51,410 bases of DNA from Phycisphaerae bacterium (GTDB lineage: Bacteria; Planctomycetota; Phycisphaerae; UBA1845): positions 1-51,410 of the forward strand of contig JBMYUM010000001.1 of assembly GCA_049605375.1 (NCBI GenBank), given 5' to 3'. Under the pieces are notes generated by a model, which searched no databases, was not told the origin of the DNA, and saw nothing but the letters and a program-made list of their open reading frames with translations. Position 1 is the first letter of the stretch. Every line of letters begins with the position of its first letter. The position numbers and the translations under genes are program-made. Shown here in pieces: positions 1-9,004 of this stretch.

Positions 1-45
1 CGAGATGGTCATTCATCTCTGGAGATCGGCCAGACCGCCGATTCC

Positions 46-636
46 ATGGTGCTCTCGGCACTGACGCCAAGCAAGGTGGGACAGATCGAAACTGTCAGTC
101 TGCTTGAACGCTCCTTGGCCTTGTCGATGTTGATCGCGCTGATGCCACTTTTTGCGTGCGTGGTCGCGGCCATTCGAATGATCGATAAGCAGTCGGCACT
201 GTTCGTCCAGGACCGAGTCGGTTTGAATGGCCGAGTCTTTCGCATCTACAAGTTCCAGACGATGAAAGCCGGTTGTGCGGAAAAAGTCATCGCCAGCAAG
301 GCCGATCATGATCCACGGATTACACGACTGGGACGATGGCTTCGTAAGCTGAACATCGATGAAATGCCGCAACTGTGGAACATCATTCGTGGAGAGATGC
401 GTTTCGTCGGACCGCGCCCCGAACTTCCAAAGATCGTGGAGGAATACGACGTGCGTGCGATGCGCAGACTGGCATGCCTGCCCGGTATCGCTGGGCTCTG
501 GCAGGTCAGCCCGCATCGAAACGATCCCATCCACCATCATCTTGAATATGACGAAGCCTATCTGGCATCGCATCCCACCTTTCTTGATTGGGCGATCGGT
601 ATGCAGGCGGTCCTGGCTGGATTCACAGGTAAGTAG
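46..636 (+). CDS. small PglC/WbaP-type bacterial sugar transferase (polyprenyl-phosphate priming enzyme)
   Basis: 196 aa. One N-terminal hydrophobic hairpin (LALSMLIALMPLFACVVAAI), then family-typical motifs FRIYKFQTM, DPRITRLGRWLRKLNIDEMPQLWNIIRGEMRFVGPRP and GLWQV (Bac_transf-like). The frame stays open to base 1, so the true start could lie upstream of the window. Confidence 0.85.
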   Translation: MVLSALTPSKVGQIETVSLLERSLALSMLIALMPLFACVVAAIRMIDKQSALFVQDRVGLNGRVFRIYKFQTMKAGCAEKVIASKADHDPRITRLGRWLRKLNIDEMPQLWNIIRGEMRFVGPRPELPKIVEEYDVRAMRRLACLPGIAGLWQVSPHRNDPIHHHLEYDEAYLASHPTFLDWAIGMQAVLAGFTGK

Positions 637-661
637 GACGTTGAAGAGAAGGAGAAGTCTT

Positions 662-1234
662 ATGAGATGGCGAGGGAGAATCGTTGGGTTGCTCGGGGTT
701 CCGTGCCTCATGCTCGCGAACTGCTCTGAGCAGGGAACGGAGACGCAGGCGATCGTCGATGTGCCGATGGAAAGCACGGACGATGCGTTCGCACCGACGG
801 ACTCGGTGGCTGCTGAAGAGATGGACAACGAAGAGGTTGTCGTTGAGGCGGATGACGTTTCGGAAGAGGGAGAGGCCGTTGTGGTCACGACGATTGAGCA
901 AAGCGGTTTTGCCGCACCCGCTGATCCACCGTCCGAGTTTACCTTCGATACGGTGACAGAGTTCGGTGTCTTTGCCAAGGTCGTCGACATGAACGGCAAT
1001 CCCGCATTCGACGTGACGTTGACCGCCGCAGCCATGAGAAATGGTGTTCCCGTTCAACTCTATCGCACCAGAACGGATACCGCCGGAGAAGCGGATCTGA
1101 TTGTCTCCAGACTCTGGGCTGACGACGTGATCACCGTCACGGCACGGAAGCCGTATTACCAGGAAGTTATCGTCGATGTCGTCATGGATGGGTCGATTGA
1201 AACCGAAGTCACTATCGAACTACCTCTGGAGTAA
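662..1234 (+). CDS. lipoprotein with acidic linker and beta-rich C-terminal domain
   Basis: ATG at 662 is preceded by AAGGAGA (648-654). The N-terminus MRWRGRIVGLLGVPCLMLANC looks like a signal peptide plus lipobox. An acidic stretch EEMDNEEVVVEADDVSEEGE follows, then a roughly 80-aa beta-rich C-terminus. The longer ORF call from 359 overlaps gene 1 and is unlikely. Confidence 0.6.
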   Translation: MRWRGRIVGLLGVPCLMLANCSEQGTETQAIVDVPMESTDDAFAPTDSVAAEEMDNEEVVVEADDVSEEGEAVVVTTIEQSGFAAPADPPSEFTFDTVTEFGVFAKVVDMNGNPAFDVTLTAAAMRNGVPVQLYRTRTDTAGEADLIVSRLWADDVITVTARKPYYQEVIVDVVMDGSIETEVTIELPLE

Positions 1235-1237
1235 GTC

Positions 1238-2812
1238 ATGTTCTGGAAACACAAAACGTCGACCGGTGCTATCGTTGCTTCCTTGATTGGTGCGCTCAGT
1301 ACGCTGAGTTCCGTCCTTGCCGACTGCCCGAATTCCCCTGTGGAAGGTACGTTCACACAGCTTCCATCTGTTCTGCTGGATGAAGTGCGAGACCTTCTGC
1401 CGGAACGTGTGACCATTTTCACGCTCCATCCGGAGTTTATTGACGAAACCGTGAATCCGAATCTCCTTGTCACGCAGGACGCAGACATCAGCGTTACCTT
1501 CATCGATGAAGGCGCCGGGTATCGCAATGCGTTCGGGTATGTCGAGTTCGACAATGATGGGAACATACTTTGTGAGCAGTCGATCTGGGCCAATGCCTCC
1601 GAAGTTGGCGGTGGAGGCTATCTCGTGCCGGGTGACACGGTTGACCTGGGTACGTTCTCGGCTGGCACGAATGTCGGCTTCTACGTTATCGCGAATGGAT
1701 TCAACCGAGGCGAATCGGTGCCATCCCAGAGTAACCCTGACAATGTCTTTTACACGATTGACAGTTTGAACACGGACGGATTCCGACACGTTGCATTGAT
1801 CGGTACCCAGGCTCAGGTCGATGGTGAGAATCCGCTGATCCTGGGGTTTGAAGATCTTCGGAATCTGGGTGACAAGGACTTCAATGACGCGGTCTTTATC
1901 GTTCAGATTACACCCAACGAGGCGCGGGAAGAGATCATTGAGAACGGGAATATCCCGGTCTCGGACTTCGCAGAAGATCTTGATGGTGACGGCATTCTGA
2001 ATGGTGAAGACAGCCATCCAGACGACCCCGATCGATGCGTCCGGGTTCGTCTTCCCGGCGAAGACGAAAACTACATGATTGCGTTTGAAGACCTGTTCCC
2101 GAATGTGGGTGACGGTGACTTCAATGACTTGGTCGTCGGCTTCTTTGTCGAGCAGATCCTCGATGGACAGGGGTTGATTAAGGAACTGCGTATCATGCAC
2201 AAGTTGGTTGCACGCGGTGCATCCTACAAGCACGAGTTTCATCACCGGATTCGATTCATCGGGTATGACGCAACGAGTGTCACACGCCGATACGATCGTG
2301 CGGGTGGTTTGGTCGAGGTCGTTAACGGAACCCACAATTCCGGTGCCGACATCACCGTCTTCCCGGATACGCATCTTGCCCTGTTCGACGAAACAACGCT
2401 GAGCCCGCTTCCCAATACGGAGCCGGGCAAGGATCAGAAAGCAGGACGTTACACCGAGACGGTCATCATCTTCGACAACGCTATACCCGTGACCGATCTC
2501 GAAGTGGCGCCGTTTGATCCATACATTCTCGTGCTCGATACCGGGTATGACATCCATCTGATCGGCAAGAACCCGATCGATGGAAGCATCAACGGGGAAA
2601 CACCGCTCGGCAACGCATTCGTAAACAGTGCGGGATTCCCGTTTGCCATGCTGGTTCCGGTGAACTGGCGGTATCCGGAAGCCGGCAACTACATCGGTAG
2701 CGTTTTCCCGGGTTTCAGCGGATGGATCGATAGTGACGGTGTGAACAACGCCGATTGGTACGACGCGCCGGGAACGGGGGCTCGCAACTACACGTTGACC
2801 ATGCCGGATTAA
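1238..2812 (+). CDS. secreted DUF4114 / LruC-domain protein
   Basis: 524 aa with a signal peptide (ASLIGALSTLSSVLADC). DUF4114-like motif LILGFEDLRNLGDKDFNDAVFIV. Asp-rich calcium-type loop DLDGDGILNGEDSHPDDPD. LruC-type motif FEDLFPNVGDGDFNDLVVGF. Confidence 0.7.
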   Translation: MFWKHKTSTGAIVASLIGALSTLSSVLADCPNSPVEGTFTQLPSVLLDEVRDLLPERVTIFTLHPEFIDETVNPNLLVTQDADISVTFIDEGAGYRNAFGYVEFDNDGNILCEQSIWANASEVGGGGYLVPGDTVDLGTFSAGTNVGFYVIANGFNRGESVPSQSNPDNVFYTIDSLNTDGFRHVALIGTQAQVDGENPLILGFEDLRNLGDKDFNDAVFIVQITPNEAREEIIENGNIPVSDFAEDLDGDGILNGEDSHPDDPDRCVRVRLPGEDENYMIAFEDLFPNVGDGDFNDLVVGFFVEQILDGQGLIKELRIMHKLVARGASYKHEFHHRIRFIGYDATSVTRRYDRAGGLVEVVNGTHNSGADITVFPDTHLALFDETTLSPLPNTEPGKDQKAGRYTETVIIFDNAIPVTDLEVAPFDPYILVLDTGYDIHLIGKNPIDGSINGETPLGNAFVNSAGFPFAMLVPVNWRYPEAGNYIGSVFPGFSGWIDSDGVNNADWYDAPGTGARNYTLTMPD

Positions 2813-2871
2813 ATGAATGCCGGGCGGTTTGCAGACAACACCTGCAGGTCGGCTGAAGACGGATAACGATC

Positions 2872-4179
2872 ATGCGAAACACGATCATCAACTCGGAACG
2901 CGTGCTGCAACTGGCGATGCTCGTGTGGTTGTTGATGGTCCTGACGAATCTTCGTCCTCCGTGGCAGGGTCTGGTGTCAGACTCTGCGGTGCAGAATCTC
3001 GCAACGAAGCGCCAACTCATCTTTGGCGTTGGCGGCGTTGCGGGATTCATTTATTTGACATTCCGGGGAAGCTTCTACCGGGCCGTCCTCTGTTTCGTAC
3101 CCTGCCTGATGTGGTTGGGATACTGCTTCTTTTCGCTGGTATGGAGCCCGCAGCCGGCCCTCACCGTGAAGCGAAGCGCCGTGCTGTTGCTCGGCTACAT
3201 CATGATCGCAGCCTTCTCCGTCTCGTCGAAACGACCGCTTGCACTCTGCCAACGTTGGATCGTGCTCGTCACCGGGTTCCTGGCCGTCGGTTCCATCGGT
3301 GCGATGGTGGCGCTGCCCAAGATCTGCTGGAGTCCGCCGATGCGTGACGGGTTGGCCGGACTGACCAATCACCCCAACACGCTGGGAATCGCCTGCGGTA
3401 TCGGGTGGATTGCCTCATTGGGGTGGCACGGTCTTCATGGCTGGCGTTGGCTCTTTCTACAGGGGCTGCGACTCGCACTCTTCGCCAGTGTGATTCTCAC
3501 CGGTTCCAAATCGTCATTGATGCTGATGATCCTGGGAACCCTCGTCTACGCCATACTTGTCTCCGGTCGATACCGAAGATCCTTTATTCTTCTGGTGACG
3601 CCGGCTGTCCTTGCCATTGTTGGCATCATTGGACCAAACACGATCTTCGCAGAAGCCACCGGTGCCCTCGGACGCGATACCACCCTGACCGGTCGTACCG
3701 AACTGTGGGAACTGGTCTGGGCGGAAGCGATGAAACATCCGTGGGCCGGCACCGGCCTTGGCGCCTTCTGGGTTCCCATGAAGGGGTACGAACTGACAGG
3801 TACCTGGAACCCGCGTCAGTCCCACAACTCCTACCTCGACCTGTTCAATGAACTGGGTTTGGTGGGAGCGGTGTTCTTTATCCTCGCGTTTCATGGCGTG
3901 GTGGTACGTGCCATCTCGTCATTGCCGTTCCCCGAACCGGGACGGCGGGATCTTGATGGGGCACGTCGTGCGGCCATGCTCGCTTTCTGTGCCATGATCC
4001 TGTTCTACTATTCCATGCTCGAAACCTGCCTTATGAAGGTAGACAACTTTCCATTCCTGGCCCTGCTTTGGACGCTGATCTGCGTCTACCGCGAAGTCAT
4101 TGGGCTCGATGGAAGAGACAGGAGCGAACAAACCGTTGAAAGCCCTGTCATGGGCGGAGGAAGACTGTCGTGCGCGTAG
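2872..4179 (+). CDS. O-antigen ligase / Wzy-type polymerase-like integral membrane protein
   Basis: 435 aa and polytopic, with many hydrophobic segments. Has the loop typical of Wzy_C/O-antigen ligase proteins (TGRTELWELVWAEAMKHPWAGTGLGAFW ... SHNSYLDLFNELGLVGAVFFILAF). Confidence 0.75.
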   Translation: MRNTIINSERVLQLAMLVWLLMVLTNLRPPWQGLVSDSAVQNLATKRQLIFGVGGVAGFIYLTFRGSFYRAVLCFVPCLMWLGYCFFSLVWSPQPALTVKRSAVLLLGYIMIAAFSVSSKRPLALCQRWIVLVTGFLAVGSIGAMVALPKICWSPPMRDGLAGLTNHPNTLGIACGIGWIASLGWHGLHGWRWLFLQGLRLALFASVILTGSKSSLMLMILGTLVYAILVSGRYRRSFILLVTPAVLAIVGIIGPNTIFAEATGALGRDTTLTGRTELWELVWAEAMKHPWAGTGLGAFWVPMKGYELTGTWNPRQSHNSYLDLFNELGLVGAVFFILAFHGVVVRAISSLPFPEPGRRDLDGARRAAMLAFCAMILFYYSMLETCLMKVDNFPFLALLWTLICVYREVIGLDGRDRSEQTVESPVMGGGRLSCA

Positions 4180-5381
4180 CCATGCTGGTTAACATCTTGA
4201 GTCCTTATCGAATTCCTCTGTTCCGTGATCTCCAGGACACGAACGGCTGGAACTTCAAGGTTTTCACCTGCGCGGAAACAGAAAAAGGACGAGACTGGAC
4301 GATCGAAGCCGACGGGCTGCAGGTCAAGCGGTCGTGGAGTCTGTCCTGGGTTCGAACCATCAAGCGAAAGGGGGCAGTCGACTTCACACAACGGCTGACC
4401 TATCACTTCCCATTCGGCGTACTTTGGGATCTGATGCGCTTTCGACCCGATGTGGTCGTCAGCGCCGAACTGGGCGTTCGAACCTTCCTGGCCGTCCTGT
4501 ATTCCATGCTGTTCCGATCTCAGTTGATCATCTGGTGGTACAGCACGAAGGTCAGCGCGCAGGGTTCGTCCTGGCGGCAGTGGCTCCGACGTCAGATGTT
4601 GAATCGAGCGGATGCGGTCATTGGTATGGGAACGGATGCGCGGCGCATGCTGAAGTCCCTGGACGTTCCGGAAGAGAAGATCTTTGACACGATGAATGCG
4701 TCACCGGTGGCGCCTCGGCAGACGCCCGAAGGCGTCGGCAAACTGACGGTCGAAGAAACTCACTACCTGCGGGAAAAAATGAGCGCGAGGCAGATCGCCG
4801 CGTTGGATGGTCGTCGCATTGTCTGTTGTCCGGGCCGCCTGATACCCGTCAAGGGAACGCTTGATGTGTTGCAGGCTTGGCGTTCACTGCCCCAGGAAAT
4901 ACGAGACCTGTGGGCCCTGGTCATTGCCGGAAACGGTCAATACAAAGAAGACGTCGAGGCCGCAAGCGAGCAGGATCCATCAATTCTCTATGTTGGCCAT
5001 CTCGACGGTGAAGAAATGGCGGATCTCTATCATGTCAGTGACCTGGCACTGTTCAATTCCTACGGCGACGTCTGGGGTCTGATTGCGAATGAAGCGATGT
5101 CGTGCGGTGTGCCGGTCCTCTCATCAGTCTACGCAGGTTGCACGGTTGACCTGATTGAGCATGCAACCAACGGTTGGCGTTTTCGTCCGGATTCGCGGTA
5201 CGAATTCAGGACGACGCTGGAGGCTGCGATGCGCCATCCTGATCTCGCGGGTGTCGGTGAGCGCGCCCGTGAGACTCTGCGTGCTTTTACAATTGGTCGC
5301 ATGTCGCTCGGTATTCGCGAGGCCGTGAACCGAGCGACGACCGGCGGTGTCGATGTACGTGCAGAGGTTGATCACGCTTAG
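4170..5381 (+). CDS. GT4-family glycosyltransferase
   Basis: 403 aa. GTG start is 8 nt after GGAGG (4157-4161). N-terminus MRVAMLVNILSPYR. C-terminal Glycos_transf_1 signature GDVWGLIANEAMSCGVPVLSSVYAGCTVDLIEHATNGWRF. It overlaps the upstream gene by 10 nt, which suggests an operon. Confidence 0.85.
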   Translation: MRVAMLVNILSPYRIPLFRDLQDTNGWNFKVFTCAETEKGRDWTIEADGLQVKRSWSLSWVRTIKRKGAVDFTQRLTYHFPFGVLWDLMRFRPDVVVSAELGVRTFLAVLYSMLFRSQLIIWWYSTKVSAQGSSWRQWLRRQMLNRADAVIGMGTDARRMLKSLDVPEEKIFDTMNASPVAPRQTPEGVGKLTVEETHYLREKMSARQIAALDGRRIVCCPGRLIPVKGTLDVLQAWRSLPQEIRDLWALVIAGNGQYKEDVEAASEQDPSILYVGHLDGEEMADLYHVSDLALFNSYGDVWGLIANEAMSCGVPVLSSVYAGCTVDLIEHATNGWRFRPDSRYEFRTTLEAAMRHPDLAGVGERARETLRAFTIGRMSLGIREAVNRATTGGVDVRAEVDHA

Positions 5382-5755
5382 ACCATGCTTCTACGTTGCC
5401 ACTCTTCACCGATGCAGCTCTTCTCCGTAGAAAGGGGCTTTGGAATGCCGAAGCGTGTAGCACATGCAACGCATATTCAGCCGAACCATGTTCACGGGAG
5501 CAGATCCCCAGGGCCCATGGTACGGACTGCGGTTGCCGCGGTCGGAGATTTGCCGCGATCTCGCTCCCGCTCGTTGGCCATGCTAGGCCAACAATTGCCC
5601 GGGCGTTCGTATGCCGCGATGGATTTGTGTGCATGCGAACGCCTCCTTGATTCTGCGAGGCCGTTCCAGCCGAGGTAACCCAAGGGAGCGTGATTGTCGG
5701 GACCTTGTCTGATGGAACCTGGCAAGGCCTCAACATGACGTATGGGAGGGGGGAT

Positions 5756-5797
5756 CGCACCGGGCAGGACTCGAACCTGCGACCGTCGGATTAGAAA
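5756..5797 (-). pseudogene. tRNA-Arg(TCT) 3-prime half only (anticodon loop to discriminator); prophage attachment-site core
   Basis: Read on the minus strand: TTTCTAA (loop, anticodon TCT) / TCCGA / CGGTC / GCAGG-TTCGAGT-CCTGC / CCGGTGC / G. This matches tRNA geometry from position 32 to 73. The 5 nt upstream (TGCCA) cannot pair with TCCGA. No D-arm or 5-prime acceptor strand (GCACCGG) is present in the next 80 nt. Confidence 0.6.
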
Positions 5798-5819
5798 TGG
5801 CATCTCGGACAGAGATTCA

Positions 5820-5840
5820 CCCCTTGCACAAGGGGGTTTT
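5820..5840. terminator. hairpin abutting the integrase stop (possible bidirectional terminator)
   Basis: CCCCTT (5820-5825) / loop GCAC / AAGGGG (5830-5835), followed by GTTTT on the plus strand. On the minus strand it sits directly after the int stop codon (5839-5841). Confidence 0.3.
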
Positions 5841-7107
5841 ATGAATTCGCTGAGGCACTGTACGCCGACGTGTTCACCATGAAATTGTTGAGCAAAGTTA
5901 CGGTGTTTTTATTCTGGTCTGGAAACAGATGGCCGTAAGTATCCATGGTAAGCGTGATGGTCGAGTGGCGCATGATTGACTGAATTTCCTTCGGGTGGGC
6001 GCCCGCTTGTGCAAGCCAGGCCCCGCACGTGTGACGAAGGGAATGAAATACCAACACCTCGCCTTCCTCATTCGTCGGCAACAGCAGGTCGCTCTCCATT
6101 CTGCGCCGACTCTCGTCAGGGTCCGCCTTGGCTTCTTCGAGCCACTTGGATCTTGCAAAGGCCAAGTCGCGTTGGATGATTGTAGACCAGCGTGAATGCC
6201 GGTTAAAGCTAAACACCTGGTCACCCTTCTTCTTCCCCTGTACATGCTGTTCAATTTCATTCGCAAGATCGGGTAAGATGTACTGTCTGGCATCCTTTGA
6301 ATCTTTGGTGGAAGATCCGACGATCAATACGAATGGGCTTTCGCCGAAAAAGACCTTGCCCACCTTCAAGCTACGAAGCTCGCCAGCACGCAATCCCGTC
6401 TGTATAGCCATCGCGTAGAGTAGCGATCGTTCTGTGCCGGTGGCCTTCAAGTGCGTTGGCGCAAGTTTGGTGTACTTCTTCAACAGCAACCATTCGTCAG
6501 GGAGAAGCATTCGCCGCTTAATAACAGTCTCGATTGGTGGCGTCGATACGGTAAGAAGCGGGTCGGCTGACAGGTGTCCGTTCCTGGTGAGCCATTTCGT
6601 AAAGGCCTTGATTGCCCAAATCTTGTACCGGAGAGTTCGCGGCGCCAGCCGCTGCTGCATTTCAGCGGAGCATCGAAGAACATCTTCGGCGCAAATGTCG
6701 CGGACGAATTGCCATTGACTGAATTTGACGAACTCCGATAGGGCGAACGTGGACTGCGAAATGTGGGTGGGGTTTGAACGAAGTCGCAGATGGTCTCGAT
6801 AATTCTCGATGTGTTGATTGAGTTCGATCTTGGAGCTGGCGATTCGGGCCTCGATAAGCCGTAGTTTCGCCAGTTTATTTAGACGACGGCCATCGAGGTT
6901 GTCCAGCCATGCAATGATGTCTGGGTCCATTGGGGCCCCCACAGCAGCCTGGGCAGAAAGGCGTTCAAGCATGTCCGCTAACTTTTCGGTTGATCGTCTG
7001 TCGGCGTACCCAGCCCAAGACATCCATATGCCCGACATGTGGTTCTTCCATTTGAAATGCCAGTTCTTTGCGGGTTTTCCCCTTACCTTTCGTTTGTAAA
7101 CTCTCAT
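5839..7107 (-). CDS. int: tyrosine recombinase / phage integrase
   Basis: The C-terminal catalytic region has HSLRHTCGAWLAQAGAHPKEIQSIMRHSTITLTMDTYGHLF (H-x-x-R ... Y) and an upstream LRAGELRSLK Arg box. The ATG at 7107 lies 10 nt after AGGAGG, so I prefer it to the GTG at 7116. Confidence 0.93.
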   Translation of the reverse strand: MRVYKRKVRGKPAKNWHFKWKNHMSGIWMSWAGYADRRSTEKLADMLERLSAQAAVGAPMDPDIIAWLDNLDGRRLNKLAKLRLIEARIASSKIELNQHIENYRDHLRLRSNPTHISQSTFALSEFVKFSQWQFVRDICAEDVLRCSAEMQQRLAPRTLRYKIWAIKAFTKWLTRNGHLSADPLLTVSTPPIETVIKRRMLLPDEWLLLKKYTKLAPTHLKATGTERSLLYAMAIQTGLRAGELRSLKVGKVFFGESPFVLIVGSSTKDSKDARQYILPDLANEIEQHVQGKKKGDQVFSFNRHSRWSTIIQRDLAFARSKWLEEAKADPDESRRRMESDLLLPTNEEGEVLVFHSLRHTCGAWLAQAGAHPKEIQSIMRHSTITLTMDTYGHLFPDQNKNTVTLLNNFMVNTSAYSASANS

Positions 7108-7233
7108 GAAGTACACGCCTCCTGTTCGATCCTAGAATTGTCCGAATAGTAAGTTTAAGCAGTGGGCGCCATGCCGGTTCCAGCGACATGGCGCCCGGAC
7201 AACACAACGCCCTCCAGGACAAGGAGAAACGCC

Positions 7234-7452
7234 ATGCGTGTCAGATTTGCAATTGCAGCCGTCGTCATTGCGGCGGCCGCAGTCTTGTACATGAGTAGCA
7301 CTGGCAGAGCCGACGGCCCGCCAACTCAGAATTTTGTTTGCTGCCAGGACCTATCTGGGGCATGCCTGAGTCGGCCCGACTACATTGGGTGCGGCGAAGG
7401 CGAATACCCTGTCGAATGTCCGTGCAAGAAGCCCGGCACTAGAGCGGACTAA
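7234..7452 (+). CDS. small secreted Cys-rich protein (cargo gene)
   Basis: ATG 7234 follows AAGGAGA (7221-7227). 72 aa with signal-like N-terminus MRVRFAIAAVVIAAAAVLYMSSTGRA. The mature part has 6 Cys: VCCQDLSGACLSRPDYIGCGEGEYPVECPC. Its 3-prime end overlaps the convergent kinase gene by 14 nt. Confidence 0.55.
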   Translation: MRVRFAIAAVVIAAAAVLYMSSTGRADGPPTQNFVCCQDLSGACLSRPDYIGCGEGEYPVECPCKKPGTRAD

Positions 7453-9004
7453 GCCACGACTGGGCCTTGCCGCGCATCTCCGCCTGTGTATCACGGAGCG
7501 TGGCAACGCGCTCCATCAACGGCACCAAATTGGGAAGTCGGTTTCTGATCTCACTGAAGTGGGGGCGAAGCCCCCACTCTTTGTACATTCCAGAGCCATG
7601 CTTTGCGATCGCGTCGACATCGAGGTGGCACCACCGCTTCATCTCGTCTCGAATCTCAACTAGCAAGTCCAACGCATCACCTTCAACGGAATCGAGGTGA
7701 ATCGAGAATACACCATCAAGCAGTGGGTCGATTCCCGGAATATCACGGCCATCCTCTATCCAATGGGCCATACGGTCAGAAGGTGGCATCATCGCGATGG
7801 AGTCGTAGAGCATGTTCATTGCAGTTACAGCGCCGCTTACTGTACTTAAGTGCTGGGCTTCGCCTATCTTCGAGATCAAGATGTCGCGAGCGACAGTTGC
7901 TTTTTCGAAGTACTGGTCTTCCTCTTTCCGCCAAGCATGAATCTTGCATTCGTAAGGGAGTACGTTGTAGTTCATGAGTGCGGCCTCTCTGATTGCCGCA
8001 CGAACTGAAATTGTGGCGATCAGCGTGACTGCAATACATGCGGCAAGTCCGCACGCTGCCTTAATCCGATGACGTCGCAGGAACCATCCGGCTCGCCGAT
8101 GCGGCGCCCGGAGCTTCGCTGTAATTGATTCACCATTCAGGTAGCGTTCGACATCTTTCCTGAGAGCTGAAACCGTAGGATAACGGTCTTTCTGCTTCCA
8201 AGCAGTAGCCTTCTGCACGATTGCATCGAGTTCGGCTGGCGCTCTTTTGTTGCGTTGGCGAACAGTCGGAAACGGTTGACCGTTCTTCCAGAAGTCGGAC
8301 ACTTCAGTGTCATTCAGACCAAAGTATGGATGATGATCGGAAACCATCATGTATAGGATGATTCCCAGAGCGAATACGTCGCATTGTTCGTCAGCTTCGT
8401 ACTTCTTCAGTTGCTGTGGCGATGCATAATATTTGGTTCCGACGAATGCCCTGATTTCTGTATTCGCGTACCGAATAGGAGACTCTCTCTGGCGCGCCAA
8501 ACCAAAGTCTAGAACAGTCGGATGGTCTGCATCATCCACCAAGATGTTTGACGGTTTCAGATCACGATGGACGATCCCTTGGCTATGTGCGTACTCGATC
8601 GCGAAGCAAATTTTCTGAAACACTGGAAGCCTTTTGCCTCGGAGCGTTTCGATCATTTCGTTTCGATCAAGTTTGGGTTGCCCACACATCCAGAGTTCAA
8701 TGTCGCATCCCCTGATTAGCTCCATCGCGATAAACTGCTTACTGTGCGGAGCGCCATGGTCGAGGATCTTCACAATAGAAGGATGATCTAGCTGTCGAAC
8801 GATCCTGATCTCTTCTTCAAAGCGGACTCGGTCTTCGACAGTGGCGAGCTGCACGTCTCGTACGACCTTGAGTGCTACTCGTTCGCCAGATTGAACGTTG
8901 GTGGCAACATGGACCGAGCTCTGCGAACCTCGCCCCAGGTGCGTCTCCAGCAAGTACTTGTCGATCACAATGCGACTAGGATCAATTTTGGCTATTGCTG
9001 GCAC
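7439..9004 (-). CDS. transmembrane Hanks-type Ser/Thr protein kinase with extracytoplasmic C-terminal domain
   Basis: 521 aa. GTG start is 6 nt after GGAGAG. Kinase motifs: GRGSQSSVHVA, ALKVV, HRDLKPSNILV, DFGLAR, SPQQL. One TM segment (ACGLAACIAVTLIATISV), then about 190 aa of unknown domain. Spot count of one 60-nt line (8341-8400) gives about 45 percent GC, against about 60-68 percent in structural genes. Confidence 0.9.
   Translation of the reverse strand: MPAIAKIDPSRIVIDKYLLETHLGRGSQSSVHVATNVQSGERVALKVVRDVQLATVEDRVRFEEEIRIVRQLDHPSIVKILDHGAPHSKQFIAMELIRGCDIELWMCGQPKLDRNEMIETLRGKRLPVFQKICFAIEYAHSQGIVHRDLKPSNILVDDADHPTVLDFGLARQRESPIRYANTEIRAFVGTKYYASPQQLKKYEADEQCDVFALGIILYMMVSDHHPYFGLNDTEVSDFWKNGQPFPTVRQRNKRAPAELDAIVQKATAWKQKDRYPTVSALRKDVERYLNGESITAKLRAPHRRAGWFLRRHRIKAACGLAACIAVTLIATISVRAAIREAALMNYNVLPYECKIHAWRKEEDQYFEKATVARDILISKIGEAQHLSTVSGAVTAMNMLYDSIAMMPPSDRMAHWIEDGRDIPGIDPLLDGVFSIHLDSVEGDALDLLVEIRDEMKRWCHLDVDAIAKHGSGMYKEWGLRPHFSEIRNRLPNLVPLMERVATLRDTQAEMRGKAQSWLSPL

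Noticed and set aside
13-1035. 340-aa minus-strand ORF covering the sugar transferase and lipoprotein genes
   Set aside because: It is antisense to two genes with clear family motifs. The translation is Ser/Thr/Ala/Arg-rich with no motif. This is a typical shadow ORF in GC-rich DNA.
1220-2557. 445-aa minus-strand ORF opposite the DUF4114/LruC gene
   Set aside because: The plus-strand protein has a signal peptide and recognisable domain motifs. The antisense product has none, so it is a shadow ORF.
5287-5803. Several ORFs (157, 103, 97, 84 aa) between the GT4 gene and the tRNA fragment
   Set aside because: They are mutually overlapping and Arg/Pro/Ser-rich. None has an RBS or motif. I treat the region as non-coding junction DNA, possibly degraded att-flank. 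The hairpin GTTGGCC/GGCCAAC at 5573-5592 was noted but has no U-run or obvious role.
5756-5835. A complete tRNA gene next to the integrase
   Set aside because: Only positions 32-73 fold. The anticodon-stem 5-prime strand, D-arm and 5-prime acceptor strand are absent. I report it as a truncated att-site fragment instead.
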